From a virus (lineage: Duplodnaviria > Heunggongvirae > Uroviricota > Caudoviricetes): 16,314 nt of DNA. A program made the translations under genes and the position numbers. Below, piece after piece: positions 6,555 through 14,925 of this stretch. The first letter of the stretch is position 1, and each line of letters begins with the position of its first letter. The notes beneath the pieces were generated by a model. It was not told the DNA's origin, made no database searches, and was given only the letters and a program-made list of their open reading frames with translations. The DNA is taken from IMG/VR virus record IMGVR_UViG_2547132273_000004, positions 1 to 16,314 of that record; one strand, written 5' to 3'.

Positions 6555-6683
6555 AATAACCAAAGTGAACTTTGGGGTGAATGCAGAAGCTAACCTTCTC
6601 GGCGGAGGCGCTTTGCAATGATTACGCGACCGGAGTTAGTCGCCCGGCTGTATTCACCGCTAAAGTTCATCAGGAGGTTCCAT

Positions 6684-7067
6684 ATGACACGCAGAACTCA
6701 GTTCAAAGGCAATTCTCGTTCTCGTCGTCGTGAGCGTTTAAAGGCAAAGGCATTAGCTAACGGCGTACTGGCCCGCGAAGAAGCAATAAGTTCAGAAGTA
6801 TTACACCGCCCAACTCTAAGTAGAGCGCAGATTCAGGCTAAAGGTACTCACGAAACGCCTGATCGCATAGAAGACGCTAAGCCAATTAAGTTCATGGCAC
6901 AGGACGTGATCTGGCAACAGAAAGAATACAGACGCAATCTGGAGCGAGCGGCCATTGTGTACGCGAATGAGTTTGGACATAAGCAACCAGAAACTGGTGT
7001 ATGTCTTCCAAACGTAGCCATTTACGCGGCAGGCTACCGGAAATCAAAACAACTGACGGCGAGGTGA
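6684..7067 (+). CDS. N: Antitermination protein N (127 aa; arginine-rich motif at N-terminus)
   Basis: Start chosen at ATG 6684 (AGGAGG at 6673-6678, 5-nt spacing) rather than track start 6618; N-terminal MTRRTQFKGNSRSRRRERLKAKA is an ARM like those of N proteins; lies between pL/nutL and the early leftward genes. Confidence 0.65.
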   Translation: MTRRTQFKGNSRSRRRERLKAKALANGVLAREEAISSEVLHRPTLSRAQIQAKGTHETPDRIEDAKPIKFMAQDVIWQQKEYRRNLERAAIVYANEFGHKQPETGVCLPNVAIYAAGYRKSKQLTAR

Positions 7068-7125
7068 CTTGTGTTGGTCGCCAGAAAATGAAATTAGGCA
7101 GCAAACCACTTATTTGAGGTGAGAT

Positions 7126-7596
7126 ATGACAAAATCATGGAGCGTACCTTTTCCTGAATCAGAAACTGAACATGATGGAATGCCTGTTTTCTGGAGATTC
7201 CAGGCGACAGTTGAAGAAGATGGGATAAAAATATTCGCACTTCAATATATAGCTTTTCATCAGACAGAGCATTATGCATGGTTGGTTCCTGCGCATTGGA
7301 TTGTTAATTTTAAACCAGCACCAAATCAGTGGTTACAGGAATGGAAACAAAGGAGAAATAGATATGCAATTAAGAAAGTAGCAAAAAATGCAGAAAGATC
7401 TTTTGCATTCCCAACGAAGAAACTTGCCATTGAAAGTTTATTGCGCCGGAAGAAATACCATTTAATGAGAATCAAACAAGATTTGGCTGTTGTATCAACT
7501 CTTGTTGATGGTATGAAGAATATTGATACATCAACACCAGATATTGAATATAACTTTGGACACAACCAAGAAACAGAAAATTGGGTATTTTATTAG
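7126..7596 (+). CDS. Hypothetical protein (156 aa), accessory gene in the ral/sieB slot
   Basis: Complete ORF with GAGGTGAGA RBS; AT-rich; no family recognised; basic central region (RRNRYAIKKVAKNAER...LLRRKKYHLMRIKQ). Confidence 0.5.
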   Translation: MTKSWSVPFPESETEHDGMPVFWRFQATVEEDGIKIFALQYIAFHQTEHYAWLVPAHWIVNFKPAPNQWLQEWKQRRNRYAIKKVAKNAERSFAFPTKKLAIESLLRRKKYHLMRIKQDLAVVSTLVDGMKNIDTSTPDIEYNFGHNQETENWVFY

Positions 7597-7610
7597 TACG
7601 AATAAGCACT

Positions 7611-7638
7611 GTGTATTCATTCCAACGAGTGAATACAC
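7611..7638 (+). other. Perfect 9-bp-stem hairpin (GTGTATTCA ... TGAATACAC)
   Basis: Inverted repeat with 10-nt loop directly after the 156-aa ORF; no U-tract, so an RNA processing or protein-binding site rather than a classic terminator. Confidence 0.4.
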
Positions 7639-7700
7639 GGAGCAATGTCGCTCGTAACTAAACAGGAGCCGACTTGTTCTGATTATTGGAAATCTTCTTT

Positions 7701-7727
7701 GCCCTCCAATGTGAGGGCGATTTTTTA
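7701..7727 (+). terminator. Rho-independent terminator (tL-type)
   Basis: GCCCTC-caatgt-GAGGGC followed by GATTTTTTAT. Confidence 0.65.
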
Positions 7728-7746
7728 TCTGTGAGGATATGAACAG

Positions 7747-8115
7747 ATGTCAAACATCAAAAAATACATCATTGATTACGACTGGAAAGCATCAATAGAA
7801 ATTGAAATCGACCATGACGTAATGACAGAGGAAAAACTTCACCAGATTAATAATTTCTGGTCAGACTCTGAATACCGACTCAATAAACACGGCTCTGTAT
7901 TAAATGCTGTATTAATCATGCTGGCGCAACATGCTCTGCTTATAGCAATTTCAAGCGACTTAAATGCATATGGTGTTGTGTGTGAGTTCGACTGGAATGA
8001 TGGAAATGGTCAGGAAGGATGGCCTTCAATGGATGGTAGCGAAGGAATAAGAATTACCGATATCGATACATCAGGAATATTTGATTCAGATGATATGACT
8101 ATCAAGGCCGCCTGA
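7747..8115 (+). CDS. ea10: Ea10-like early protein
   Basis: 122 aa; translation MSNIKKYIIDYDWKASIEIEIDHDVMTEEKLHQINNFWSDSEYRLNKHG... matches my recollection of lambda Ea10; position between N region and cIII agrees. Confidence 0.6.
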   Translation: MSNIKKYIIDYDWKASIEIEIDHDVMTEEKLHQINNFWSDSEYRLNKHGSVLNAVLIMLAQHALLIAISSDLNAYGVVCEFDWNDGNGQEGWPSMDGSEGIRITDIDTSGIFDSDDMTIKAA

Positions 8116-8187
8116 GTGCGGCTTTACCGCATACCAATAACGCTTCACTCGAGGCGTTTTTCGTTATGTATAAATAAGGAGCACACC

Positions 8188-8352
8188 ATGCAATATGCCA
8201 TTGCAGGGTGGCCTGTTGCTGGCTGCCCTTCCGAATCTTTACTTGAACGAATCACCCGTAAATTACGTGACGGATGGAAACGCCTTATCGACATACTTAA
8301 TCAGCCAGGAGTCCCAAAAAATGGATCAAACACTTATGGCTATCCAGACTAA
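8188..8352 (+). CDS. cIII: CIII (FtsH inhibitor, 54 aa)
   Basis: [54 protein letters not shown] equals remembered lambda CIII; internal start within track ORF 8116..8352. Confidence 0.85.
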   Translation: MQYAIAGWPVAGCPSESLLERITRKLRDGWKRLIDILNQPGVPKNGSNTYGYPD

Positions 8353-8464
8353 ATTCACTATCGCCACTTTTATTGGCGATGAAAAGATGTTTCGTGAAGC
8401 CGTCGACGCTTATAAAAAATGGATATTAATGCTGAAACTGAGATCAAGCAAAAGCATTCACTAA
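8321..8464 (+). CDS. kil: Kil (FtsZ inhibitor, 47 aa)
   Basis: [47 protein letters not shown] matches remembered lambda Kil; overlaps the 3' end of cIII in another frame, as in lambda. Confidence 0.8.
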   Translation: MDQTLMAIQTKFTIATFIGDEKMFREAVDAYKKWILMLKLRSSKSIH

Positions 8465-8539
8465 CCCCATTTCCTGTTTTCCTAATCAGCCTGGCATTTC
8501 GCGGGCGATATTTTCACAGCCATTTTCAGGAGTTCAGCC

Positions 8540-8836
8540 ATGAACGCTTATTACATTCAGGATCGTCTTGAGGCTCAGAGCTGGGCGCGTCACTACCAGC
8601 AGATCGCCCGTGAAGAGAAAGAGGCAGAACTGGCAGACGACATGGAAAAAGGCCTGCCCCAGCACCTGTTTGAATCGCTCTGCATCGATCATTTGCAACG
8701 TCACGGTGCCAGCAAAAAAGCCATTACCCGTGCGTTTGATGACGATGTTGAGTTTCAGGAGCGCATGGCAGAACACATCCGGTACATGGTTGAAACCATT
8801 GCTCACCACCAGGTTGATATTGATTCAGAGGTATAA
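8540..8836 (+). CDS. gam: Gam (RecBCD inhibitor; 98-aa short form)
   Basis: [60 protein letters not shown]... matches lambda Gam. Confidence 0.9.
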   Translation: MNAYYIQDRLEAQSWARHYQQIAREEKEAELADDMEKGLPQHLFESLCIDHLQRHGASKKAITRAFDDDVEFQERMAEHIRYMVETIAHHQVDIDSEV

Positions 8837-8841
8837 AACGG

Positions 8842-9627
8842 ATGAGTACAGCACTCGCAACGCTGGCTGGGAAGCTGGCTGAACGTGTCGGCATGGATTC
8901 TGTCGACCCACAGGAACTGATCACCACTCTTCGCCAGACAGCATTTAAAGGCGATGCCAGCGATGCGCAGTTCATCGCATTGTTGATCGTCGCCAACCAG
9001 TACGGCCTTAATCCGTGGACGAAAGAAATTTACGCCTTCCCTGACAAGCAGAACGGCATCGTTCCGGTGGTGGGCGTTGATGGCTGGTCCCGTATCATCA
9101 ATGAAAACCAGCAGTTTGATGGCATGGACTTTGAGCAGGACAATGAATCCTGCACATGCCGGATTTACCGCAAGGACCGTAATCATCCGATCTGCGTTAC
9201 CGAGTGGATGGATGAATGCCGCCGCGAACCATTCAAAACCCGCGAAGGCAGAGAAATCACGGGGCCGTGGCAGTCGCATCCCAAACGGATGTTACGTCAT
9301 AAAGCCATGATTCAGTGTGCCCGTCTGGCCTTCGGATTTGCTGGTATCTATGACAAGGATGAAGCCGAGCGCATTGTCGAAAATACCGCATACACTGCAG
9401 AACGTCAGCCGGAACGCGACATCACTCCGGTTAACGATGAAACCATGCAGGAGATTAACACTATGCTGATTGCCCTGGACAAAACATGGGATGACGACTT
9501 ATTGCCGCTCTGTTCCCAGATATTTCGCCGCGACATTCGCGCATCGTCAGAACTGACACAGGCCGAAGCAATGAAAGCTCTTGGATTCCTGAAACAGAAA
9601 GCCTCTGAACAGAAGGTGGCTGCATGA
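8842..9627 (+). CDS. bet: Bet (Red-beta single-strand annealing protein)
   Basis: 261 aa, [66 protein letters not shown]... matches lambda Bet. Confidence 0.95.
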   Translation: MSTALATLAGKLAERVGMDSVDPQELITTLRQTAFKGDASDAQFIALLIVANQYGLNPWTKEIYAFPDKQNGIVPVVGVDGWSRIINENQQFDGMDFEQDNESCTCRIYRKDRNHPICVTEWMDECRREPFKTREGREITGPWQSHPKRMLRHKAMIQCARLAFGFAGIYDKDEAERIVENTAYTAERQPERDITPVNDETMQEINTMLIALDKTWDDDLLPLCSQIFRRDIRASSELTQAEAMKALGFLKQKASEQKVAA

Positions 9628-10304
9628 CACCGGACATTATCCTGCAGCGTACCGGGATCGACGTGAGAGCTGTCGAACAGGGGGATGATGCATGGCACAA
9701 ATTACGGCTCGGCGTCATCACCGCTTCAGAAGTTCACAACGTGATAGCAAAGCCCCGCTCAGGAAAGAAGTGGCCTGACATGAAAATGTCCTACTTCCAC
9801 ACCCTGCTGGCTGAGGTTTGCACCGGTGTGGCTCCGGAAGTTAACGCTAAGGCGCTGGCCTGGGGAAAACAGTACGAGAACGACGCCAGAACCCTCTTTG
9901 AGTTCACTTCCGGCGTTAATGTTACTGAATCCCCGATCATCTATCGCGACGAAAGTATGCGCACCGCCTGCTCTCCCGATGGTTTATGCAGTGACGGCAA
10001 CGGCCTTGAACTGAAATGCCCGTTTACCTCCCGGGATTTCATGAAGTTCCGGCTCGGTGGTTTCGAGGCCATAAAATCGGCTTACATGGCCCAGGTGCAG
10101 TACAGCATGTGGGTGACACGAAAAGATGCCTGGTACTTTGCCAACTATGACCCACGAATGAAGCGTGAAGGCCTGCATTATGTCGTGGTTGAGCGGGATG
10201 AAAATTACATGGCGAGTTTTGACGAGATGGTGCCGGAGTTCATCGAAAAAATGGACGAGGCACTGGCTGAAATTGGTTTTGTATTTGGGGAGCAATGGCG
10301 ATGA
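9624..10304 (+). CDS. exo: Exo (Red-alpha 5'-3' exonuclease)
   Basis: 226 aa, [65 protein letters not shown]... matches lambda Exo; ATGA overlap with bet. Confidence 0.95.
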   Translation: MTPDIILQRTGIDVRAVEQGDDAWHKLRLGVITASEVHNVIAKPRSGKKWPDMKMSYFHTLLAEVCTGVAPEVNAKALAWGKQYENDARTLFEFTSGVNVTESPIIYRDESMRTACSPDGLCSDGNGLELKCPFTSRDFMKFRLGGFEAIKSAYMAQVQYSMWVTRKDAWYFANYDPRMKREGLHYVVVERDENYMASFDEMVPEFIEKMDEALAEIGFVFGEQWR

Positions 10305-10462
10305 AGCATCCTCACGATAATATCCGGGTAGGCGCGATCACTTTCGTCTACTCCGTTACAAAGCGAGGCTGGGTATTTCCCGGCCTTTCTGTTATCCAAA
10401 ATCCACTGAAAGCCCAGCGGCTGGCTGAGGAGATAAATAATAAACGGGGGCTGTATGACTGA
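10301..10462 (+). CDS. Small hypothetical protein (53 aa)
   Basis: ATG at 10301 overlaps the exo stop; reads [53 protein letters not shown]; ends overlapping the methyltransferase start; below the 60-aa track threshold. Confidence 0.3.
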   Translation: MKHPHDNIRVGAITFVYSVTKRGWVFPGLSVIQNPLKAQRLAEEINNKRGLYD

Positions 10463-11012
10463 TTTCACCGGAAGCAATACTCCTGCCGAACATCGCGACA
10501 GCTGGCGCACACCACCAGAGATTTTTGCTGCGCTTAATGCAGAGTTCGTTTTTCAACTTGATGCTGCCGCCAGCGAAAAAAACCGACTATGTCGGCTTTT
10601 TATCTCACAGGAGCAGAACACATTAACCACTTCATGGCCTGAAGCAATGGGATATGCCTCTGGTTATGTCTGGTTGAATCCACCATACAGCAATATTTCC
10701 CCTTTTGTGAAAAAGGCAGCCACTGAAAACAAATTCAGTAGTGTGGGATGTGTAATGTTATTGCCTGCTGACATATCTGTCGGATGGTTTCATGAAGCGA
10801 TACAAACCGCCAGTGAGGTCAGATTCATCACGGCAGGACGACTGGCATTTATTAACCCACTCACTGAGAAACCCGTCAGTGGAAATAATAAAGGCTCGAT
10901 GCTCATTATCTGGCACCCATACCCCCGTACACACTGCCACTTTACGACCGTTGATCGTGGAGAGTTGATGGCGTTCGGCTCAAGGATTCTTGCCCGTCGG
11001 GAGGCTGCATGA
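10455..11012 (+). CDS. Phage Dam-type DNA N6-adenine methyltransferase
   Basis: 185 aa; N-terminal WRTPPEIFAALNAEFVFQLDAAASEKN and catalytic motif IV WLNPPYSNISPFVKKA (N/DPPY) typical of the small phage N6-adenine MTase family. Confidence 0.8.
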   Translation: MTDFTGSNTPAEHRDSWRTPPEIFAALNAEFVFQLDAAASEKNRLCRLFISQEQNTLTTSWPEAMGYASGYVWLNPPYSNISPFVKKAATENKFSSVGCVMLLPADISVGWFHEAIQTASEVRFITAGRLAFINPLTEKPVSGNNKGSMLIIWHPYPRTHCHFTTVDRGELMAFGSRILARREAA

Positions 11013-11092
11013 CAACCACTGAATGCATTTTTCTGGCAGCGGGCTTCATATTCTGTGTGCTTATGCTTGCCGACATGGGACTTGTTCAATGA
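11009..11092 (+). CDS. Translationally coupled hydrophobic micro-ORF (27 aa)
   Basis: ATG overlaps the MTase stop (ATGA at 11009-11012) and its TGA overlaps the next ATG (ATGA at 11089-11092); reads MTTTECIFLAAGFIFCVLMLADMGLVQ, a single predicted hydrophobic helix. Confidence 0.25.
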   Translation: MTTTECIFLAAGFIFCVLMLADMGLVQ

Positions 11093-11304
11093 CACCTCAG
11101 CAAGAAAACGCCCTTCGCAGCATTGCCCGTCTGGCTAACTCTGAAATCAAAAAAGCCAGACAGCAGTTTCCGGATAAAAACGTCGATGACATTTGCCGTA
11201 GCGTACTGAAGAAGCACCGCGAAACGGTAACGCTGATGGGATTCACACCGACTCATTTAAGTCTGGCGATCGGCATGTTAAACGGCGTCTTTAAGGAGCG
11301 ATGA
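11089..11304 (+). CDS. Hypothetical protein (71 aa)
   Basis: Start chosen at ATG 11089 (coupled to the upstream micro-ORF) rather than track start 11023; MTPQQENALRSIARLANSEIKKARQQFPDKNVDDICRSVLKKHRETVTLMGFTPTHLSLAIGMLNGVFKER. Confidence 0.4.
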   Translation: MTPQQENALRSIARLANSEIKKARQQFPDKNVDDICRSVLKKHRETVTLMGFTPTHLSLAIGMLNGVFKER

Positions 11305-11325
11305 ACATGAAAAGCAAAATCATCA

Positions 11326-11347
11326 GGGAGCTACAGGCTCCTTTTTT
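11326..11347 (+). terminator. Rho-independent terminator inside the pL operon
   Basis: GGGAGC-tacag-GCTCC followed by TTTTTTATT. Confidence 0.6.
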
Positions 11348-11402
11348 ATTATTCGCATTCACCCTCAAGCGTATTAACCAACAATTCAGTGATTAATGAA
11401 AG

Positions 11403-11624
11403 ATGGCGGACATCATTGATTCAGCATCAGAAATTGAAGAATTACAGCGCAATACAGCAATAAAAATGCGTCGTCTGAACTACCAGACTATATCCGCCAC
11501 TCATTGTTGTGAGTGTGGCGATCCCATAGATGAACGAAGACGCCTGGTCGTTCAGGGTTGTCGGACTTGTGCAAGTTGCCAGGAGGATCTGGAGCTTATC
11601 AGTAAACAGAGAGGTTCGAAGTGA
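11403..11624 (+). CDS. TraR/DksA-family C4 zinc-finger protein (lambda Orf73-like)
   Basis: 73 aa with CCECGDPIDERRRLVVQGCRTCASC (two CxxC pairs), the TraR-type zinc finger; same length as lambda Orf73. Confidence 0.7.
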   Translation: MADIIDSASEIEELQRNTAIKMRRLNYQTISATHCCECGDPIDERRRLVVQGCRTCASCQEDLELISKQRGSK

Positions 11625-12175
11625 GCGAAATTAACTCTCAGGCACTGCGTGAAGCGGCAGAGCAGGCAATGCATGACGACTGGGGATTTGACGCAGACCT
11701 TTTCCATGAATTGGTAACACCATCGATTGTGCTGGAACTGCTGGATGAACGGGAAAGAAACCAGCAATACATCAAACGCCGCGACCAGGAGAACGATGAT
11801 ATTGCACTAACGGTTGGGAGGCTGCGTGTCGAGCTGGAAGCCGCAGAGAAGCGCAACGCAAAATTACAAAGCGAGAATGCATACATCCGCAACCGGTTCA
11901 AAGAACTGGACCTGTTAATCGGGAAAAACATTCTGGTCATGCAGGCTGCGATTATCGAATGGCAGGCAACTGGCGACGCTAAAAGCGGACTGGCATGGAT
12001 TTATAACACACTGTTTGGCCCTGGCGAATTGCCGGACGAATCTGAGAAAGATGCTCAGGCCTACTTTAATCGCAAATATGCACCGATTGACGAAAAGCTT
12101 ATGGCGCTTCATAAGTGGTTTTGGGAACAAAGTGAAGCCGAGCGCGCCGCTGGCATTCGCATCAAAGGAGAATGA
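11621..12175 (+). CDS. Ea22-like protein (coiled-coil)
   Basis: 184 aa; position and size fit lambda ea22; central heptad-like region LRVELEAAEKRNAKLQSENAYIRNRFKELDLL. Confidence 0.5.
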   Translation: MSEINSQALREAAEQAMHDDWGFDADLFHELVTPSIVLELLDERERNQQYIKRRDQENDDIALTVGRLRVELEAAEKRNAKLQSENAYIRNRFKELDLLIGKNILVMQAAIIEWQATGDAKSGLAWIYNTLFGPGELPDESEKDAQAYFNRKYAPIDEKLMALHKWFWEQSEAERAAGIRIKGE

Positions 12176-12176
12176 G

Positions 12177-13196
12177 ATGACCACTATGAACAGAGAAGAA
12201 CAAAAGCAAGTTCTCATAGATACAGCTAATCACATAATCAATCGTGATAATACTTCACCATATAGCGAAAATCTTAGGGAACTGGCACGAATTGCACTGG
12301 CCTCGCTTGAGGCAGAGCCAGTTGGTGCATTCCACATTGCTGAACAGCAAGTTGACGGCACAAGTGACTATCTCAAGGATGGAGAATGGCCTATTGATAA
12401 TGGGATTCTTGAAGTCTACGCCGCCCCGCCAGCGACGGTATCTGTGCCTGATGAAATCTACGCAGAGCTTTATCAATTGCGCGAAGAAGTTAAAGGTCCA
12501 GATGGATTCAATACCTGGCGCGATGCTGCGACAGCCGAAAAGGTATTGCGCTTAAGCATAGAGCGTGATGCTTTGCGCTATCGTTTCCTGCGAGACAAGG
12601 ATGCTTTCGGTGATGAAAACGAACCTGGGCTGGCTAGTTGGGGTGACCTGGCAGAGATGGAATATAACGAGTTTGATGCTAATGTGGATGCGAGAATGAA
12701 CAACTCAGACATACCGCGATACAGCATCACGCAAGCGCAGATGATAGAGAATGATGTAGCTGCATCAGAAAAGAAAGCCCCAAATGAAAGGTATAAACAA
12801 ATTTCAGATATCGACTATCTTGGTGCCATGAGCGCTTTTCATTCAGATAAGTGGCATAAGATGGGGTCTATTACTGGATATATGCATGGCTGGAATGCCT
12901 GCCGCGCAGCCATGCTTCATGGTAAATCCGAACAACCACAAAACGCACAACAAAATATTCCGGAAAATATTCCCGGAGGCAACTCTCCGGTAACTCCGGA
13001 TGGTTGGATAAGCTGTAGTGAGCTAATGCCAGATGATGGTCAGCACGTAATTATTTTATGTGATGGCGCATTCGTTCTTTATGCGCAATATCGAGACGGA
13101 GAGTTTTTCGATATTGTCCGCAATGGTGATGAATTTTTCGAAACACAGAGTCGCAATGTAACCGACTGGATGCAACTACCAGAACCTCCCCTTTGA
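12177..13196 (+). CDS. DUF551-domain protein (339 aa)
   Basis: Start chosen at ATG 12177 (AGGAG at 12166-12170) rather than track start 12015, which overlaps the upstream gene; C-terminus GWISCSELMPDDGQHVIILCDGAFVLYAQYRDGEFFDIV...VTDWMQLPEPP matches the DUF551 pattern common in lambdoid early regions. Confidence 0.55.
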   Translation: MTTMNREEQKQVLIDTANHIINRDNTSPYSENLRELARIALASLEAEPVGAFHIAEQQVDGTSDYLKDGEWPIDNGILEVYAAPPATVSVPDEIYAELYQLREEVKGPDGFNTWRDAATAEKVLRLSIERDALRYRFLRDKDAFGDENEPGLASWGDLAEMEYNEFDANVDARMNNSDIPRYSITQAQMIENDVAASEKKAPNERYKQISDIDYLGAMSAFHSDKWHKMGSITGYMHGWNACRAAMLHGKSEQPQNAQQNIPENIPGGNSPVTPDGWISCSELMPDDGQHVIILCDGAFVLYAQYRDGEFFDIVRNGDEFFETQSRNVTDWMQLPEPPL

Positions 13197-13292
13197 TAGC
13201 TAAGCTTATACATATCTTTTACATCAGCAATCTATTGTTAATCTCCAATCAATGTTACGTTGTCATCTCTCTCATGCTTTGGAGGTAGTGAT

Positions 13293-13472
13293 ATGTCTTG
13301 TCCAAAATGCGGTTCTGGAAATATTGCAAAAGAAAAAACAATGCGTGGATGGTCTGATGATTATGTGTGCTGCGATTGCGGATACAACGACTCTAAAGAC
13401 GCATTTGGAGAGCGTGGTAAAAACGATTTTGTCAAAATTAATAAAGAACGCGAAGGCAACGAAAAAAACTAA
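13293..13472 (+). CDS. Small zinc-ribbon protein (59 aa)
   Basis: GGAGG at 13281-13285 then ATG 13293; MSCPKCGSGNIAKEKTMRGWSDDYVCCDCGYNDSKD... carries CxxC ... CxDC cysteine pairs. Confidence 0.45.
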   Translation: MSCPKCGSGNIAKEKTMRGWSDDYVCCDCGYNDSKDAFGERGKNDFVKINKEREGNEKN

Positions 13473-13537
13473 TTTATTTATTCATATATGAAAACAATGT
13501 AACCAATATTCGAATTGAAGAACTGAAAGAACACCAA

Positions 13538-13559
13538 GCCGCCTGATGGCGGTTTTTTC
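13538..13559 (+). terminator. Rho-independent terminator upstream of xis
   Basis: AGCCGCC-tgat-GGCGGTT followed by TTTTTTCTT. Confidence 0.65.
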
Positions 13560-13585
13560 TTGCGTGTAATTGCGGAGACTTTGCG

Positions 13586-13804
13586 ATGTACTTGACACTT
13601 CAGGAGTGGAACGCACGCCAACGACGCCCAAGAAGCCTTGAAACAGTTCGTCGATGGGTACGCGAGTGCAGGATATTCCCTCCTCCGGTTAAGGATGGAA
13701 GAGAGTATCTGTTCCACGAATCAGCGGTAAAGGTTGACTTAAATCGACCAGTAACAGGTAGCCTTTTGAAGAGGATCAGAAATGGGAAGAAGGCGAAGTC
13801 ATGA
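13586..13804 (+). CDS. xis: Excisionase Xis
   Basis: 72 aa, MYLTLQEWNARQRRPRSLETVRRWVRECRIFPPPVKDGREYLFHESAVKVDLNRP... equals remembered lambda Xis. Confidence 0.95.
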   Translation: MYLTLQEWNARQRRPRSLETVRRWVRECRIFPPPVKDGREYLFHESAVKVDLNRPVTGSLLKRIRNGKKAKS

Positions 13805-14852
13805 GCGCCGGGATTTACCCCCTAACCTTTATATAAGAAACAATGGATATTACTGCTACAGGGACCCAAGGACGGGTAAAGAGTTTGGATTAGGCCGAGA
13901 CAGGCGAATCGCAATCACTGAAGCTATACAGGCCAACATTGAGTTATTTTCAGGACACAAACACAAGCCTCTGACAGCGAGAATCAACAGTGATAATTCC
14001 GTTACGTTACATTCATGGCTTGATCGCTACGAAAAAATCCTGGCCAGCAGAGGAATCAAGCAGAAGACACTCATAAATTACATGAGCAAAATTAAAGCAA
14101 TAAGGAGGGGTCTGCCTGATGCTCCACTTGAAGACATCACCACAAAAGAAATTGCGGCAATGCTCAATGGATACATAGACGAGGGCAAGACGGCGTCAGC
14201 CAAGTTAATCAGATCAACACTGAGCGATGCATTCCGAGAGGCAATAGCTGAAGGCCATATAACAACAAACCCTGTCGCTGCCACTCGCGCAGCAAAATCA
14301 GAGGTAAGGAGATCAAGACTTACGGCTGACGAATACCTGAAAATTTATCAAGCAGCAGAATCATCACCATGTTGGCTCAGACTTGCAATGGAACTGGCTG
14401 TTGTTACCGGGCAACGAGTTGGTGATTTATGCGAAATGAAGTGGTCTGATATCGTAGATGGATATCTTTATGTCGAGCAAAGCAAAACAGGCGTAAAAAT
14501 TGCCATCCCAACAGCATTGCATGTTGATGCTCTCGGAATATCAATGAAGGAAACACTTGATAAATGCAAAGAGATTCTTGGCGGAGAAACCATAATTGCA
14601 TCTACTCGTCGCGAACCGCTTTCATCCGGCACAGTATCAAGGTATTTTATGCGCGCACGAAAAGCATCAGGTCTTTCCTTCGAAGGGGATCCGCCTACCT
14701 TTCACGAGTTGCGCAGTTTGTCTGCAAGACTCTATGAGAAGCAGATAAGCGATAAGTTTGCTCAACATCTTCTCGGGCATAAGTCGGACACCATGGCATC
14801 ACAGTATCGTGATGACAGAGGCAGGGAGTGGGACAAAATTGAAATCAAATAA
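13782..14852 (+). CDS. int: Integrase Int (tyrosine recombinase)
   Basis: 356 aa, MGRRRSHERRDLPPNLYIRNNGYYCYRDPRTGKEFGLGRDRRIAITEAIQ... with HELRS and LLGH motifs; matches lambda Int; overlaps xis as in lambda. Confidence 0.95.
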   Translation: MGRRRSHERRDLPPNLYIRNNGYYCYRDPRTGKEFGLGRDRRIAITEAIQANIELFSGHKHKPLTARINSDNSVTLHSWLDRYEKILASRGIKQKTLINYMSKIKAIRRGLPDAPLEDITTKEIAAMLNGYIDEGKTASAKLIRSTLSDAFREAIAEGHITTNPVAATRAAKSEVRRSRLTADEYLKIYQAAESSPCWLRLAMELAVVTGQRVGDLCEMKWSDIVDGYLYVEQSKTGVKIAIPTALHVDALGISMKETLDKCKEILGGETIIASTRREPLSSGTVSRYFMRARKASGLSFEGDPPTFHELRSLSARLYEKQISDKFAQHLLGHKSDTMASQYRDDRGREWDKIEIK

Positions 14853-14925
14853 TGATTTTATTTTGACTGATAGTGACCTGTTCGTTGCAACAAATTGATA
14901 AGCAATGCTTTTTTATAATGCCAAC
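14853..14925 (-). promoter_or_regulatory. attL P' arm (Int arm-type and IHF sites)
   Basis: Reverse complement reads GTTGGCATTATAAAAAAGCATTGCTTATCAATTTGTTGCAACGAACAGGTCACTATCAGTCAAAATAAAATCATT, the lambda P' arm with CAGTCAAAAT-type arm sites. Confidence 0.75.

Noticed and set aside
6618-6683. Upstream start (6618) for N
   Set aside because: ATG 6684 has a near-perfect AGGAGG RBS at ideal spacing and begins at the arginine-rich motif; the upstream extension is not N-like.
7326-7565. 79-aa hydrophobic minus-strand ORF antisense to the 156-aa gene (also 7094..7279)
   Set aside because: Hydrophobicity is explained by AT-rich antisense codons; no RBS, and the direction is opposite to the pL operon. 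A sieB-like membrane protein cannot be fully excluded.
8803-9279. 158-aa minus-strand ORF
   Set aside because: Entirely antisense to bet, whose identity is unambiguous; no RBS; typical spurious antisense ORF.
12015-12176. Upstream start (12015) for the DUF551 protein
   Set aside because: It would overlap the preceding gene by 160 nt; the ATG at 12177 has a proper AGGAG RBS and abuts the upstream stop.
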